64,000 nucleotides of DNA. Origin: Octopus sinensis. Taxonomy: Eukaryota. Where the stretch lies: assembly GCF_006345805.1 (NCBI RefSeq), contig NC_043004.1:35464001-35528000 (forward strand). Reading direction: 5' to 3'. Under the pieces are notes generated by a model. It made no database searches and was not told where the DNA came from. It saw only the letters and a program-made list of their open reading frames with translations. The position numbers were made by a program, and so were the translations under genes. Positions 26,131 through 40,482 of this stretch are shown here, in pieces; positions within the stretch are counted from its first letter, which is position 1; each line of letters starts with the position of its first letter.

Positions 26131-28739
26131 TAAATACATGTTTAGACCGAATTCCCTTACAATTCCCATAGGGTCCCTTTACTACTTTACATATCAAAGG
26201 ATTTTCCTAACTTGAGAAATTTATTGTGCGTGTATAATTGAATAACTCAAAATTGCATTTGCATATAATTAGATAATTTATTAATATTTCTCATGAACCC
26301 CTAGCAATTTCTTGCAGAACACCAGGACCCCAGGAACTCTGCTCACATGATTCTGTTGGTGCATCACATTTGAGAACATACATAGATGTATATTAGTTGA
26401 ACATTTTCCTGATACTCTAAATTCTACTGATATTACCTCTCCTCCTTTCTTAACAACATCAAACTAGTGTCCTCCATAAGAATCTAATATTTCTATCTCT
26501 TTGGTTTGGATAGTCAACAATTGTTAACAATGCCATAATGCATTACAGTTGTAGGATACTTTCTGTTCTGTTGATCATTATCGAGGAAAACTGAAGTTTA
26601 CATTGACTCTACTGAAGATGGAATCCTTTCAATGAGAGGCTTGTATAGAGATATTTAGAATGGAAATTATTTTTCCTTGAGAAACTATATAAACTTAGAA
26701 AAACATTTAAACGTTAATACAAAATGTTAGTTTCTATCTAGAAAGCAAGGGAAGTACAATTTTTCGATTTTTCTCCTGATGACTTCAGGCAGTACAAGGA
26801 AAATATATTAAAAAGAGACATGCTAAAATATTTTCAAACTATTTTTTATTTTGATATTTCTGAAAGGAATAAAACTTTAAAAGAAAATTAATGATTTAGA
26901 AGTAAAAAAATAAGTGTGGAATGCAAAAAGTATAACTGATGTATGAAAATGAAGCCAGAAGGTAGACTTGAAATGTTTATATTCTAAATTTGTCTCTGAC
27001 ATTACACGGAATCGAAATATATTTTAATGTCAGGGGTAGACATGCATAAACTGAGTGGATCATTGGCATTTCATTGACTTAACAGTCAAGACACTTTACT
27101 CTTGCTGGTTCAGTTCACTTAACTGTAAATGTAAGTACCTTGGGAATATAAAAACTAAAAGAGTAGACAGGTCCAGGAAGTAGCTCCAGTACTTTTCCCT
27201 TGACCAGAAATTTCTAAATGTCAGTCAATGTTATTGAACAAGGATTGTAAGATTTATAAGTAAACTACTATACGATAATATTAAGCATGCTAAGAAGTGA
27301 TTTCTCATCAAGAAGCCATCTGTGGTCAGGAGGCTTGCTTATCTTTCCTGACTTAAATTAATCCCTTATTTTACAGAGCAAATTTTATCATTTAAATTTA
27401 TTGGAATGGTAAAATAATTCTTGTTGAAGATGATAATGATATAATTATGAACCCAATTTTCACTACTATGGGCTATCTTCTGCAGGACATGCATTTTGTT
27501 TTTTTTTGTTTTTGGTGAGAAAAATATGAAATGAGAATTTAATTAGCATAATTTAGATTCTTAAATTCAAGCAGTCATATACACTTGCAAACACAGAAAA
27601 AAAAAGAGATCAAAGATTAAGGTTGGTTAAATATTAAGAATATTTTATTAAGATGATATAAGAGATTAAACAGAATATAGAGGATAAGCGAGGAGTTACT
27701 ATCAATAATCCACCATCTTAATTTATTGATGACAAACCCTGTTTTACTGACCAGCCATTTACCATTTTGTTTATATTCAGGATTCATATCTCTTTACTCC
27801 TCACTTAATACCAATTTCAGGGTTTTCAACTAAACAGCAACTAAATCTCCCTCAAATCATACTTCACAATCTCAAAGAAAGACTCCTGTGACAAAAAGAT
27901 ATATTAATTAAGGAATAGTTTTGATTATTATTTATGAAACAATGGAAGGCTCCTTAAAATAACAACAACAAAAAAAACAGGAATGATACAGATAAAGTCG
28001 CTACCAAACATATTCTTTCTGATAGTCATTTCTTTGGTTATTTCTCTAATTCTAGTAATATTTCAATATAGAGATATCTTTGAAAGTTGGCAAAATAAGC
28101 TAAGTTTATATTGCATTTTGAGAGAAGAGGTCAGACATCTTGTGCTTCCAACACTCACTCCATTTCTTTAAACATGATGACTGACTGAAACATCAAACTT
28201 CTCTTTATTGCATTCAAACTTCTCTTATTTCATTATTTTCAAGATATTTTGTTGATGCAGAACATCGCCAATTTTCTTTAGATTCTAATACTTTTCATTG
28301 TAAATTCATGAGTTAAACAACCATAGTTTTACTGATAGGAAATCTCACAAATAATTGCTATACACAATTGATAAGTCCCCAATATAAGCAGCACAGTGCC
28401 AAATCATATTCAAACCATGGTGGTTCTCTGTAGATACAATAGAGACTTTTATTTCAATAATCATATTTATTCCAAAAGTCATCTTTCACTGTCAACAGAA
28501 TTATTAGAATAGAGAAATTTAAAGCAAAACTTCCATATATTAATTATAAATTTGCATTCAGGAAAACAATCTTATGTCTAATAGAAAGACCATATTTATT
28601 GCAGACAAAGCCTGAAAGTAAAGGAGCCAAAATACAGCAGAGAACCATTTTTGTTTTATCCTCTATATAAGGGTGATGACCACAATATTAGTGATGATGG
28701 TGATAACGATGATGATGATGACAATGCTGTTGCTGCTGC

Positions 28740-28862
28740 TGCTGCTGAGGAGGGTGCGGAGGAGGAGGGGGAAGGAAGAGGAATGAGAAGGAAGAGGAAG
28801 AGGCGGAAGGGGAAGGAGAAGGAAGAGGAGGAAGAAGAAGAAGAGAAGGGGGAGGAGGAGAC
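28740..28862. repeat. Polypurine (GAG/GAA) low-complexity tract
   Basis: Directly visible; source of the E/K/R-rich ORF. Confidence 0.85.
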
Positions 28863-29415
28863 CTGGTGTTGAAGATGGTGATTTTTAAAAATAAGGAATA
28901 TTGTCTATTTCCCTTCGTCTGCAAAATAGTCCTCAGTTCAATCTTCAATCTTCAATTTGTCAATCGACAACAGGACTGAAGTGAAGTACAGTTGCTTGGA
29001 AGCGCGCATGAAGTAATGAATTCAAAGTTGCATTTGCAATTTAGATACTACCTTGCTGAGTGGTTGGTGTTAGGAAGGGCATCCAGCTGTAAAATCCATG
29101 CCAAAACAGAGACAGAGGAGTCTGGTGCATGCTCCTGCCTGGCCAGCTCCTGTCAAGCCATCCAACCCATGCCAGCATGGAAGGAGGACATTAAACGATG
29201 ACGACGACGATGATGATGATACCAGCTAATGCCAGATTCCCAGTCTATTTTCCATGCACATTCATACTAAAGTATAAAAAATAAAATTCTGGATGTCACA
29301 AAACCTTGTAGCAGAATATCTTGGAGTGGGGTCTAATACTGGGGTATGAAAAGGGCAGATCTTTTGCGACCAGCATGGCTGGAAGGTAAAAATAAATATT
29401 TGATACAAGTGCAGG

Positions 29416-29557
29416 CATGGCTGTGTGGTAAGAACTTTTCTTCCTAACCACATGGACCTGGGTTCAATTCCACTGGGTGAGAGTTTTCTACTATAGCTTC
29501 AGGCCAACAAAAGCCTTGTAAATAGATATGGGTGATGGAAACTGAAAGAAGCCCGTC

Positions 29558-29588
<31 letters not shown>

Positions 29589-30180
29589 TACTTACATACA
29601 TACATATATATATATGTAATTTACATCTCTCTATATATAAATTGTGTGAGTGCCGCCTCGACTGGCTTCCGTGCCGGTGGCACATAAAATACACCAATCC
29701 GACCGTGGCCATTGCCAGCCTCGCCTGGCACCTGTGCAGGTGGCATGTAAAAAGTACCCACTACACTCACAGAGTGGTTGGCGTTAGGAAGGGCATCCAG
29801 CTGTAGAAACATTGCCAGATAAGACTGGAGCCTGGTGCAGCCTTCTGGCTTCCCAGATCCCCGGTCGAACCGTCCAACCCATGCTAGCATGGAGAACGGA
29901 CGTTAAACGATGATGATGATGATGATGATATATATATATATATACACGTGTGTTTGTGTCTGAGTTTGTCCCATAGCACAGCTTGACAACAGATGTTGGT
30001 TCGTTTACATCCCTATTACTCAGCAGCTCAGCAAATGAGACTGATAGAATAAGTAGCAAGCTTTACAAAAAATAATAATTACTAGGGTTAATTTGTTTGA
30101 CTAAAAATTCTTCAAAGCAGTGCCCCAGAATGGTCGCAGTCTAATGACTGAAACAAGTAAAAGATAAAAAGCAAAAAGAT
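29416..30180 (+). mobile_element. Family B SINE split by a family A insertion (29645-29928) in its central (TA)n
   Basis: Family B head at 29416-29560, then (TA)n, a full family A body with (GAT)n, (TA)n again, and the family B tail at 29945-30180. Confidence 0.8.
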
Positions 30181-30274
30181 AGATGAAACATCATCAATTG
30201 CAATTACAGCAGGAAACATTAACAGATTCTGGCCACATAATCATAAAAATAATCATAAGACACTCCAAATTAGT

Positions 30275-30735
30275 AAGTGCCAGTGGCACATAAAAAGCAC
30301 CATTCGATTGTGATTGTTACCAGCATCACCTTACTAGCACTTGTGCCCATGCTAGTAGGATGCCAAGAGCACCATCCGAGCGTGATCATTGCCAGAGCAG
30401 CCAACTGGCTTCCGTGCTGGTGGCACGTAAAAGACACCATTCGAGTGTGATCATTACCAACATCGCCTTACTGGCACCTGTGCCGGTGGCATGTGTAAAA
30501 AGATTCGAGCTAGGTCATTGCCAGTGCCGCCTGACTGGCCCCCATGCCGTTGCATGTAAAAAGCACCCACTACACTCTCGGTGTGTTTGGCATTAGGAAG
30601 GGCATCCTGCTGTAGAAACTCTGCCAGATCAAGATTGGAGCCTGGTGCAGCCATCTGGCTCGCCAGCCCTCAGTCAAAATCGTCCAACCCATGCTAGCAT
30701 GGAAGGCGAACATTAAATGATGATGATGATGATGA
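30275..30735 (+). mobile_element. Family A RTE-tail SINE
   Basis: Near-identical to 396-820. Confidence 0.8.
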
Positions 30736-31655
30736 GAGTTAGTTTCAGGTTTCACTCTTCCTCAACTCAACCTTGACATGTCACTCAATTAAAAAGAGCA
30801 CTAATTATAATTGCTGTCTCAGTTTATAACTATGTTGTACACTCAAACATTTAAGCTGGTTACTTTTAAGGCTTTTTGTCATTTACGGTGTTGCACTTGA
30901 CATTTATTTAAATGATACATATGGCATGTTTTATGTGCGTGTACGCTCACGCATGTGTGTGTGTGTGTGTGTTATCAAGTGAAATGTCTGGTTGTATAAT
31001 GATATCTAAACCAGTTTGATGTTAAAGTTTTTTGATTTTGTGTTTTTCCAGAGCTTTTAAATTAAAGCACATCAACAGCGCCTCTCATTTAAAATATGGT
31101 CATTAAAGGAAAAAAGTGGTTATAACAGTGCCTTTGGGGAATGGTATTTCATGTTGTATTCTTCAAAATTCAACCTGTTTCAAGCTCTACTTTACTTTCC
31201 TCAGATGAATAACACAAATACCTGTAATAAACTGAGATTTGTTTAATTAAATGTCTATACTGACTCTTTTACTTAATATTACTTGTGCTTATGAAAGAAT
31301 CCATATATAAATGTTGCTCTTTTAAACATTATACACATGGGTAAAACTACATCACATATGTAGCGAGTGTATTTATCTGAGGGAAATGTAATGGAAGAAA
31401 GAGAAGAGGGTTGGGATTTGACTCAATACCTTACAGTGTTTAGTGTTGTCCCCTGAGGGTTAAAAAATGTAGTGCCTGGTGTATAGAGAAATCAATTCAA
31501 TCAAATATACTCTTCTCCATATATTTGTAACTCTGAACTAATAAAAGAAATCAATATTTATAAATTTATTTTCGGGATATTATTGTAATGTTTTGGTGGA
31601 CAAATATCTAGAGAAATGAATATGCATTTATTTAATTTTTAGTGATTATATATGT

Positions 31656-31687
<32 letters not shown>

Positions 31688-31894
31688 CACATATATATAT
31701 ATATATATATATACATACATACATACATACATACATATGTACATATGTATGTATGTATGGATGGATGGATGTATCTTTGTATATATGACCTTGTAGTAAC
31801 AAATCTAATTTATTCTAGAACTTTATTTGCTGCCACATCTAATATGCACACACATGCACGTAAACACACGCGTGTGTGAGTGTGCGTGTGTAGA

Positions 31895-33224
31895 TAATGA
31901 TGCAAATAAACAAATAAGGGCACTTGGGCTAGATATATACAATGTACATATGTATATACATGTAAATAAAGAAAAAAACAAAGATTGAAGATATTCAGAT
32001 AATGAATATTCATGCATAAACATAGAGATATTTATATATTAACAGAGCCAATTCACACAGAATAAAATGGCATAAAAAATTAAGGGGAAAAGGTATGGGA
32101 TTTCAGGCCTGACAGCTGTTTCTGGGGGCTCGGAATTACTAGATAATATTTGCAGAAAGTCAAGGATATGCAACCAGTAGCAGAAGCATATATAAACATT
32201 AGGTGAATCTGGCCCCTGTCTTCAGGGTGGAGAGGTAGGTATCTAATATTCCAAATCAGAATGCAGGGAAACTTAGAGGTAGAGTGGGTATAGAGAAAGG
32301 CAAACAGAAATAAGCAGATGGGGGAAGTAGGCAGCTTGAGGATGCGTGGGGAACGTTGAAGCAAGGAAAAGCAGGGAAAGGGAGGGATGAGTGATCGGGG
32401 CTTGGGAGAAGTAGAAGTGGAGAGTTGGGAGATAAGAGGGAAGGGGTGGGATGGGTTATCCTTGCTGTTGGGTTTGACAAAAGATGTTGTTAGGGATAAT
32501 GAGGCTATAGAATTGAGAGAGGGAAATAAAGGATCTAGTTATAAATGCCAGTAATGTGGGGAAGGGGAAATTCGAAGAATGGAGGTAAGTTGACAGTGGA
32601 AAGAGAGTATGAGAGTAAAAAGAGAGGTGGACAGAGAAGGAGAAAGGGGAGGGGCAAGTTAAAGAAAAAACTAGGAGGAGATGGGGAAAGAAGTCAAAAT
32701 ATGAGGATGGGATAGTGGTAAAGGATGATGTGTTGGGTAGAGGAATATGCAAAGGTAATCCCGTGAGAGAAATATAGAACAGAAGAAGTGGTACAAGTAG
32801 AAGGGATATGTAGCTAGTGCAGCCTACTTTTTCTCTGCACTTGCTTATCTCTATTGGCCTTCCTCGTCAAACACTCGACCTCTAAATTTCCCTGCATTCT
32901 GATTTGGAATATTAGATACTTACCTCTCCACCCTAAAGACAGGAGCCAGATTCACCTAATGTTTATATATGCTTCTGCTACTGGTTGCATATCCTTGACT
33001 ATCTGCAAATATTATTTCAAGCCATCAGAAACAGCTATCAGGCCTGTAATCCCATACCTTTTCCCCTTAATCTTCTGTGTCATTGTGCTTTGTGTGAACA
33101 TTAATATATAAATATCTCTATGTTTATACATGAACGTTCAGCATCTGAATATCTTCAATCTTTGTTTTCTCTCTATTTACATGTATAGATGTATGTATAT
33201 ATTATCTGTTTATTTGCATCATTA
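31895..33224. repeat. Large imperfect inverted repeat (arms ~31895-32336 and ~32819-33224, ~480 bp purine-rich spacer)
   Basis: Arms align as reverse complements. ORFs 32080-32364(-) and 32854-33111(+) give nearly the same peptide (STSKFPCILIWNIRYLPLHP...). Confidence 0.85.
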
Positions 33225-33370
33225 GATCCATATCCGCTCACCTGGATTCTTCTTGTAGCCACTTCTTACCCTGTGGACTTAGTCCTTGGTAAAGATTTTG
33301 GAATGTAAGTTCAAATCATTGGAGCACCACAAAGTGTTTTGTATACTGAACATCTCGAAGTTTCATCTGT

Positions 33371-33407
<37 letters not shown>

Positions 33408-34539
33408 ATGTGTGTGTGTATATGCTTGTATGCATATATGTAGATATGTATCTGTGTGAATGTGTTTAGACACATTTTTGTTCCAAAGCCACAACCAAAA
33501 CTGAAAGTTTGTGTGTGAAGATTCTCTTTAAACATTAATAAAACACCAAAAATTCTATAGAATATAAATGCATATCATTAAAATTATGTAATTACAATAA
33601 TAATAATAATACAATAAGATAATTAAAAAATACCAGAAACAAAATAAGAATTAATAACTAAAAAAAACTTCACACTGTATTTCAAAGATCTCTCCACCCC
33701 CTTTCAAAGAGGTAAAGTTAATGACATTAAAATAAAACATCAAATGTGCTATTACATGATAAATAAGATAAATACTTGGTAAAATGAAAGAATGATTAAT
33801 TACATTAAAAAAAATGTAAATTAGAAATATGATGAATAAAAAATTATAAATTATTAATTGAAATATCACATAGATTCTCACCTGAGTTTTTGACTGTTTA
33901 ACCAAAGTGATGAAGAGAGAAGAGGAAGGAGGTGTAAGACAAGGTTGTGACTGAGGCAGGATTTATTCTTGCAGAAAAAGAAACTGTACAAGTAAAGGTT
34001 TTGGGGTCACTTCTTTCACAGAAAGGATCCAAGGTTGATTATCACAGTATCTTCTGAATATTTCAAAATATATCAGAACATGAACAAAATAAAACTCAAT
34101 GTCTGACCCAACGTCCTCTAAGAAAGTAAGATGTGTTGTCACAATGTCTATGAACTCATGCCAGAGACAAAAGTATGGCTGCCTTTCCTCTGATATGTTT
34201 TTTTTAAATTCTTATTGTGTTTGGCCCTCTTCATTAGAATTCATTGAATGTCAAGGGATTCTTCTGCCACTGATTGTACTTCCAATACCTTTTTTTTTTT
34301 TCACTACAGCTATCCTTCATCAAACTATAGTTATACCATTGTAACAAGGCAAGGCAAGACAATGGCACAAAAGGCGGAGGAAAGGAAGAAAATGTAAAAA
34401 CCTACTTTCTGTCATCACTGGGGAGAAAAATATCTGTCCCACCTTGTTGAGCAGAGAGACTGGTCTCTGAGTGGCTCAAAGTTAAAACTGGCAGCCAAAA
34501 GTACAAATCTAGGAAAGCAGGAATGCATGGAGGTATGTG

Positions 34540-34752
34540 ATGCAAGGCTAAGGAAGTGTGCAGGATGTGACAGCTGGTGCAAAGCTGAGGCAGTTTGCAG
34601 GATGCGCCAACTAGTGCAAAGCTGAGGCCGTGAACAGGATGTGCCATCTGGTGCAAAGCTGAAGCAGTGTGCAGGATGTGCCAGCTGGTGCAAAACTGAG
34701 GCAGTGTGCAGTATGTGTCAGCCGGTGCAAAGCTGAGGCAGTGTGCAGGACT
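34540..34752. repeat. 37-bp minisatellite, ~5.5-6 copies
   Basis: 'caggatg'-like anchors at 34561, 34598, 34635, 34672, 34709 and 34746; unit ~gaggcagtgtgcaggatgtgccagctggtgcaaagct. Confidence 0.9.
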
Positions 34753-35829
34753 GTAGAACATACTAGGAGGTTTGACAACCTAAAACATACATGCAAAGGC
34801 AAAAATTTGAGCAAAGTTTTGAGACACAGAACGTCTGACATGCAAACGTGATAACAACTGTCCAGGAAACTAGAAATCCCAGGAAGTAAGAGTCAAAGTG
34901 TTTTAAGTCAGTAAGAATGGTAAGTCGCTTGCAGAGGATGTTGGCTGCTCGGACATAAGTAGTGAGAAAGCAACTAAAATTATAGAATGTGGTGCATGTA
35001 TGTATGAACATTGAAACAAGTTAACATATAATATATACAATATTGAAAAAGAAAGTGATATGCAAAGAAAAGTGCAAAAAAAAAGGGACAACAGAAATGC
35101 AGTACAATGCACAGGTAAGGAAATGTTCCAGTCTCTAAAGTTCAATTAAGACCGAAGTGGCCAATATGTCTAAAGGTGTCCTTCACACGGCTGAGGAAGA
35201 GAAATAGCAGCAGAAATTGCCATGTCCGATGCAGTGTCATAAGCAATAAACTTTTGCATCCTAGACAAGATGAAGCAAGGAGAAATACTGTGAGAAGTTT
35301 GTTCTTCAGCACAAAAAACAGTCCAACTGGTACTAAATGAAAAAAACAAAAAAACACAAGCAGGAAAACTCTGGTCAAAGCGAAGCGAATGTCACCAGTG
35401 CAAATGTATGCAAAACCACGAGGTCATTCCTAGGAGGAGAAAGTCATCCATCATGTTGAAAATGGAAGTAAGAAATATTTAACCACTACACGATGGTGCT
35501 ACAATGAACATACATATCCTGTACACTTTACAAACAATTATAACATCATTTTCTTTTTTAAACTGGTGTGTTGGACAGTTGTGTGTTGTTCTCTCTTGAA
35601 TTTTTTTTTTACTTTGAAGAATATTTTGGAATGTAATATTCCAACGTATGGATCACCAATGTAATGAGCTAAATTAAGAGTTGGGCTTTACCAGTTTAGG
35701 AAGTACATTTAGATGTGTACACATAAGAAGGTTTGAAATGTATAAATGCATGTTTTACATAAAGGTAACGATAAAAATCAGAAGGTAATGCTTTTGGTTA
35801 ACAAACATAATTTATTCCTTGCTCACACA

Positions 35830-36290
35830 TAAAGTAGCCAGCACGACAGAGGTAAGTGTACAAGACAATAGCGTGTAGGAGGCATGAGTTAATTCCTTAA
35901 TACACATCAAAGTAGTTAGCTCTGGTACTTGGCTGCAAATCTAAAATATCCAATAATCTTTGAAGTGGTAGTGAGGTGAGGTAGAAATCCCAGTGTGTCG
36001 AGATAGACAAGCCACAAGCTCATCGATAGATTAGTGTCTACATCTGAAAGGGATAAAGCAAAGCAGCGATGAAAGGGAACCAGATGTTAACATTCTGACA
36101 TTTAGACACTGACTGGATAAAACACCTTTGAAAAGAATGTGCTATTACTCTGGGCGGAAGTCATCATATGTATTCCTCTGCCGTTAGCTTTTAAAGAGTG
36201 GAGGAACACAGCACCAATGTGCTGCTACGCTGGGGTGAAGTACTTCGACTGCTCTGCCAATGCTACACCATAAATTAACTTTCACAACAG
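35830..36290 (-). mobile_element. Possible decayed LINE ORF2 C-terminal fragment
   Basis: HRCFALSL..DEL resembles the HRR..SL.LFYRY....S.EL stretch of LINE ORF2 C-termini; heavily degraded. Confidence 0.3.
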
Positions 36291-37907
36291 TAAACTATCT
36301 TCAGTATATTTTTGTGAGTCACAGAAATAGTGCATTTGTAATATTCAAAGGATGCATTTGTAATATTCAAACACATTCTGCCTCCAACATGCTTCTTATT
36401 CTGAAAACAAACTCACTCTTTTCTCAAACCATCCTGTGATGGTGAGTTGAGCTTTCTACACATCTCAGTGCATCTACCATACACACATTGCCCATATCAA
36501 AATGGTGCACAATCACTAAGTCACTCAAATAACAGTTCTTAGATTACAGATGAACCCAAGTCACTTTAAACAAGGTCATCAGATGAGAGAATGAGATTGT
36601 AATGACTAAGACTTGCTTAGCTGAAATGGTAAAATACCCACTATCACTTCACTCAAGTGAGGATGGCTGGAAGAGAAGCAAATTTTGTAACCAATCAGAA
36701 TAGGAGTGAACAACTGAGTCACAAGAATGTGGGTGGCCATACCACTTCCAGAGTTACTTGGTGGCCATACCACTTCCAGATTTGGTGACTTGATATCCAG
36801 GTTCCATGCTCATCCAACACTTTGTATACACACACCCTCCTCCTAATTACACCATTTTGTCTTGAGAGAGGATAGATAAAGCCATCTGCCTTGTGTTAGA
36901 AATATTTAAAACAAACTGAAAATATTAATGTGAAATTTTCCAAGGAGCACTCTCATTCAGAAACAAAGATGATCCACAGAAATTGTAGACAATTCTTTCT
37001 CATTTGAAATATGCTAAATAAATTTTGGTAGAGATGTGTTTGTATTTTTCATTTGATCTGATTATTTGAAGACAGGCAACATCCTTATAATACAGGACAG
37101 TACTTGGTAAAGTTGTGTTGTTTGACAATGTATTACTAGTACATAAGTTTATTTGTTTGACTGGATTACTAAAAAAATATGAGTTAATTGAGTAAGATTC
37201 TTTTAAGAGTATTTGTATTGTGTTATGGTACAAATTTGAGTGCCAGCATTGAACACTGTTTGTGATTTATAGGTAATGGTATGTGTTTGTGTGTACTCAA
37301 CCGTTTCATAGAAAGGAAGCAGATATAGGCAGAAAGTAATTCTCCATATCAATTGGTCAACTTTCACAGGTGACTATTATTTTGCTTAAGGAATTTAAAT
37401 AAAACATTCTGTTTTACGTAGAGTTAATTGTTTCTATAAATAGAAAATTAAAATAGAATAATCATTGACATGACCATCACCCACAGATGGAATGTCTCCA
37501 CTTACCACCTTTTCTTCTCATGTTATTAGAAAAGAGTTTGCAAAGTTTTTAACTTATGAATTTGACATCTCAACTGTAAACAGGAAAAAACTAGACTTTC
37601 GTACAGAAATTGTAAAGCTTACCATTTTCCCTCCCCCAAATGTTTGCGTAATATGTCATAATGTCAAAAATGGTAAATTTTGTTTATTTTCATTCCTGTG
37701 TAAAGTTTGATTTTAACCCTCCAGATATATGTACAAAGTTTATATGTGCGTGTGTGTATGTATGTATGTGTGTAGATAGATATGCAAACATATATATATA
37801 TATGCACATGGATACATACTAACATGAAACACATTATATATATATAACATTTCTATACAAAACTAAATTTTGTTTACGTATATAAAGAGTGTATCCAAAG
37901 TTAACTA

Positions 37908-37951
<44 letters not shown>

Positions 37952-38508
37952 TAGAGATAGAGAGAGAAAGTGAGACAGACATACAGACTGATAGATAGAT
38001 AAATAAATAGATAGAGAGACAAACAGTTACATAGATAGACAGACAGACAGATAAATCATGTACAGAGGAGTATTGCCTCTGAAAGAAATTTTATGTAGAG
38101 AAGGTCTGTAAACCAGCTAATGCTATATGAAAGAAAATACTAGAATAAACACTGTTAATTAACTAATTAGTATTGTATATGAATAAGAAGAGCTCCATTG
38201 CTGGTAAAGTCGAACTTTTTCTCACCACACTTTCTATTTTATTCTTGTCTTTAGGGTTGTTCTTAAATCTCAGAAGTGAAAAACTGAATATTTTCCAATT
38301 GTTTTCGTTTCCCCTATATGAAAAATCATTCACAATTTTGATTCTTAACAGATTTTCCATCAAATGAATAAATTCAGATGACATCAACGTTTTTCACGGG
38401 TACACCACAGTAGAGAACTATGGAGTACAACATGTAACTACAACCCTGGGAGCCAATACTTTATCCATTGCAATTCAGTAATGTAGACTCATTCCAGATT
38501 AATACAAT

Positions 38509-38728
38509 CTGTTTCTTTATTACCCACAAGGGACTAAACATAGAGGGGACAAACAAGGATAGACAGACGGATTAAGTCAATTACATCGACCCCAGTGCAT
38601 AACTGGTACTTAATTTATCGACCCCGAAAGGATGAAAGGCAAAGTCGATCTCGGTGGAATGTAACGGCAAACGAAATACAGCTACGCATTTCGCCCGGCG
38701 TGCTAATGGTTCTGCCAGCTCGCCGCCT
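38509..38728 (-). mobile_element. Family C SINE
   Basis: Reverse complement of the 25733 copy; flanked by aatacaatc on both sides. Confidence 0.85.
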
Positions 38729-39062
38729 TAAATACAATCACCTGGTCTTAATACAATCACCTGGTCCTGGTATTGGATCATGAGTTGAATATTCTGACCA
38801 CTAAACCATTTTGTACCTTCACAATGCAATTCCTCAGTTTTAGCTCAATCTAAAATATTTCATGAAAAAGTCTTTTATACTTTCCACCACCACCACCATC
38901 ATCATCACCTCTGTTTAAAACCACTGCATCAAATGTTAGGCAATATATGAAATGAGAAATCCATTTACTGTTTTTAAATTATTGATTTTATTTCTACCAA
39001 ATACTCATCCTCAACTAAAGAAACATTGTCAAAGTCCAGTTACTTTCTGAGGCTTCAATACC

Positions 39063-39293
39063 TATTTCTTTATTACCCACAAGGAGCTAAACACAGAGAG
39101 GACAAACAAGGACAGACATAGGTATTAAGTCGATTACATCGACCCCAATGCGTAACTGGTACTTAATTTATCGACCCCCGAAAGGATGAAAGGCAAAGTT
39201 GACCTCGGCGGAATTTAAACTCAGAACGTAGCAGCAGACGAAATACCGCTCAGCATTTCGTCCGGCGCGCTAACGTTTCTGCCAGCTCGCCGC
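39063..39293 (-). mobile_element. Family C SINE with 16-bp TSD
   Basis: ctgaggcttcaatacc at 39047-39062 and 39294-39309. Confidence 0.9.
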
Positions 39294-40268
39294 CTGAGGC
39301 TTCAATACCGTTCTGTGTGTCAATAGAATCAATTACTAGACGAGATGCTGGTTATGAAACCAGCGAAAGAACAACAAAGGGATTTCTGGAGAGTTTTACA
39401 CAACCAGTTCTATGTAGGGTACACATCTACCGCAACAAACTTGTCCCCATTTCAAAAATCAATGTTTTATATTCTAAATATCTGAATGATATAGCCCCAC
39501 CAAGAATTTGCTGAACATAAATGACTAACGGACTGGTTGAATGTTGCTTGATTGGTTGGTTACCTTAACATTCAACTAAAAACATCAACTCAAGCAGAGA
39601 AATCAATGGATTCAATAAAAAGATCCAATATTATTTGTTTTGCCCTATGAGAGATGATCCAGGTACTTATCTCTTACTTCATTACAACAGGTTTTACTTA
39701 ATTAGACCTAATACCACCTCCACCATCCTCTTCCTTTCATCACTAGCAATACATCAATAACACCCTGTCATATTACATACCATTTTATTAGTGCTGCCTC
39801 ATCTTTTATAGTCTTTGAATGTACGTAATTATGTCACATCCTTCTCAAATGCTATTTCTTAATCAACCTACAAGCCTTCTTCTAACTGTTGTTGACCACA
39901 TTATGTAAAACTAAATAAGTAGCAAATTGAAACATTCTACAAAGCTTCCACATCTACACCAGATTTGGAGTAAAGTTCCGAGTGAACAGAAATTTTAGAT
40001 CAGTTTTATTCTGGGATGAGCTACAATGAATGGTACTACTAGTTCTGGCCTACTGACCACATAATAAAAAAAAAAGTCACTAAAAAGTTGGTTAGGGAAT
40101 TTTTGCACAGGAATTATATTGGTAACAAGATAAAGCAAGAACTTTCACTTAGGTTCTTCCACAGTACAATATGACAAAAATAGTTGAAGATGGCTTCATA
40201 TTTAACTTAGTGATCCCCAGCATTAAAAGGATTAACTGTATTACATGTTATAAATACTTGATCTAAAC

Positions 40269-40482
40269 CTATTTCTTTACTACCCACAGAGAGGACAAAC
40301 AAGGACAGACAAACGGATTAAGTCGATTATATTGACCCCAGTGCGTAACTGGTACTTATTTAATCGACCCTGGAAGGATGAAAGGCAAAGTCGACCTCAG
40401 AATTTGAACTCAGAATGTAGCGGCAAATGAAATACTGCTGAGCATTTCACCCAGCATGCTAATGTTTCTGCCAGCTCGCCAC
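40269..40482 (-). mobile_element. Family C SINE
   Basis: Reverse-complement match; short aaacct flanks. Confidence 0.85.

Noticed and set aside
26770-26820. CTGATGA-ctt..aag-GAAA hammerhead-like string
   Set aside because: No valid stem I or stem III/cleavage triplet; likely chance.
34540-34752. CRISPR-like array
   Set aside because: Contiguous tandem units without unique spacers, in a eukaryotic context.
34760-35480. Possible piggyBac transposase remnant (AINFCIL..KFVLQ, KRSECHQCK)
   Set aside because: Similarity is too weak and fragmented across frames to support.
36732-36780. 21-bp direct repeat
   Set aside because: Simple local tandem duplication with no associated element.
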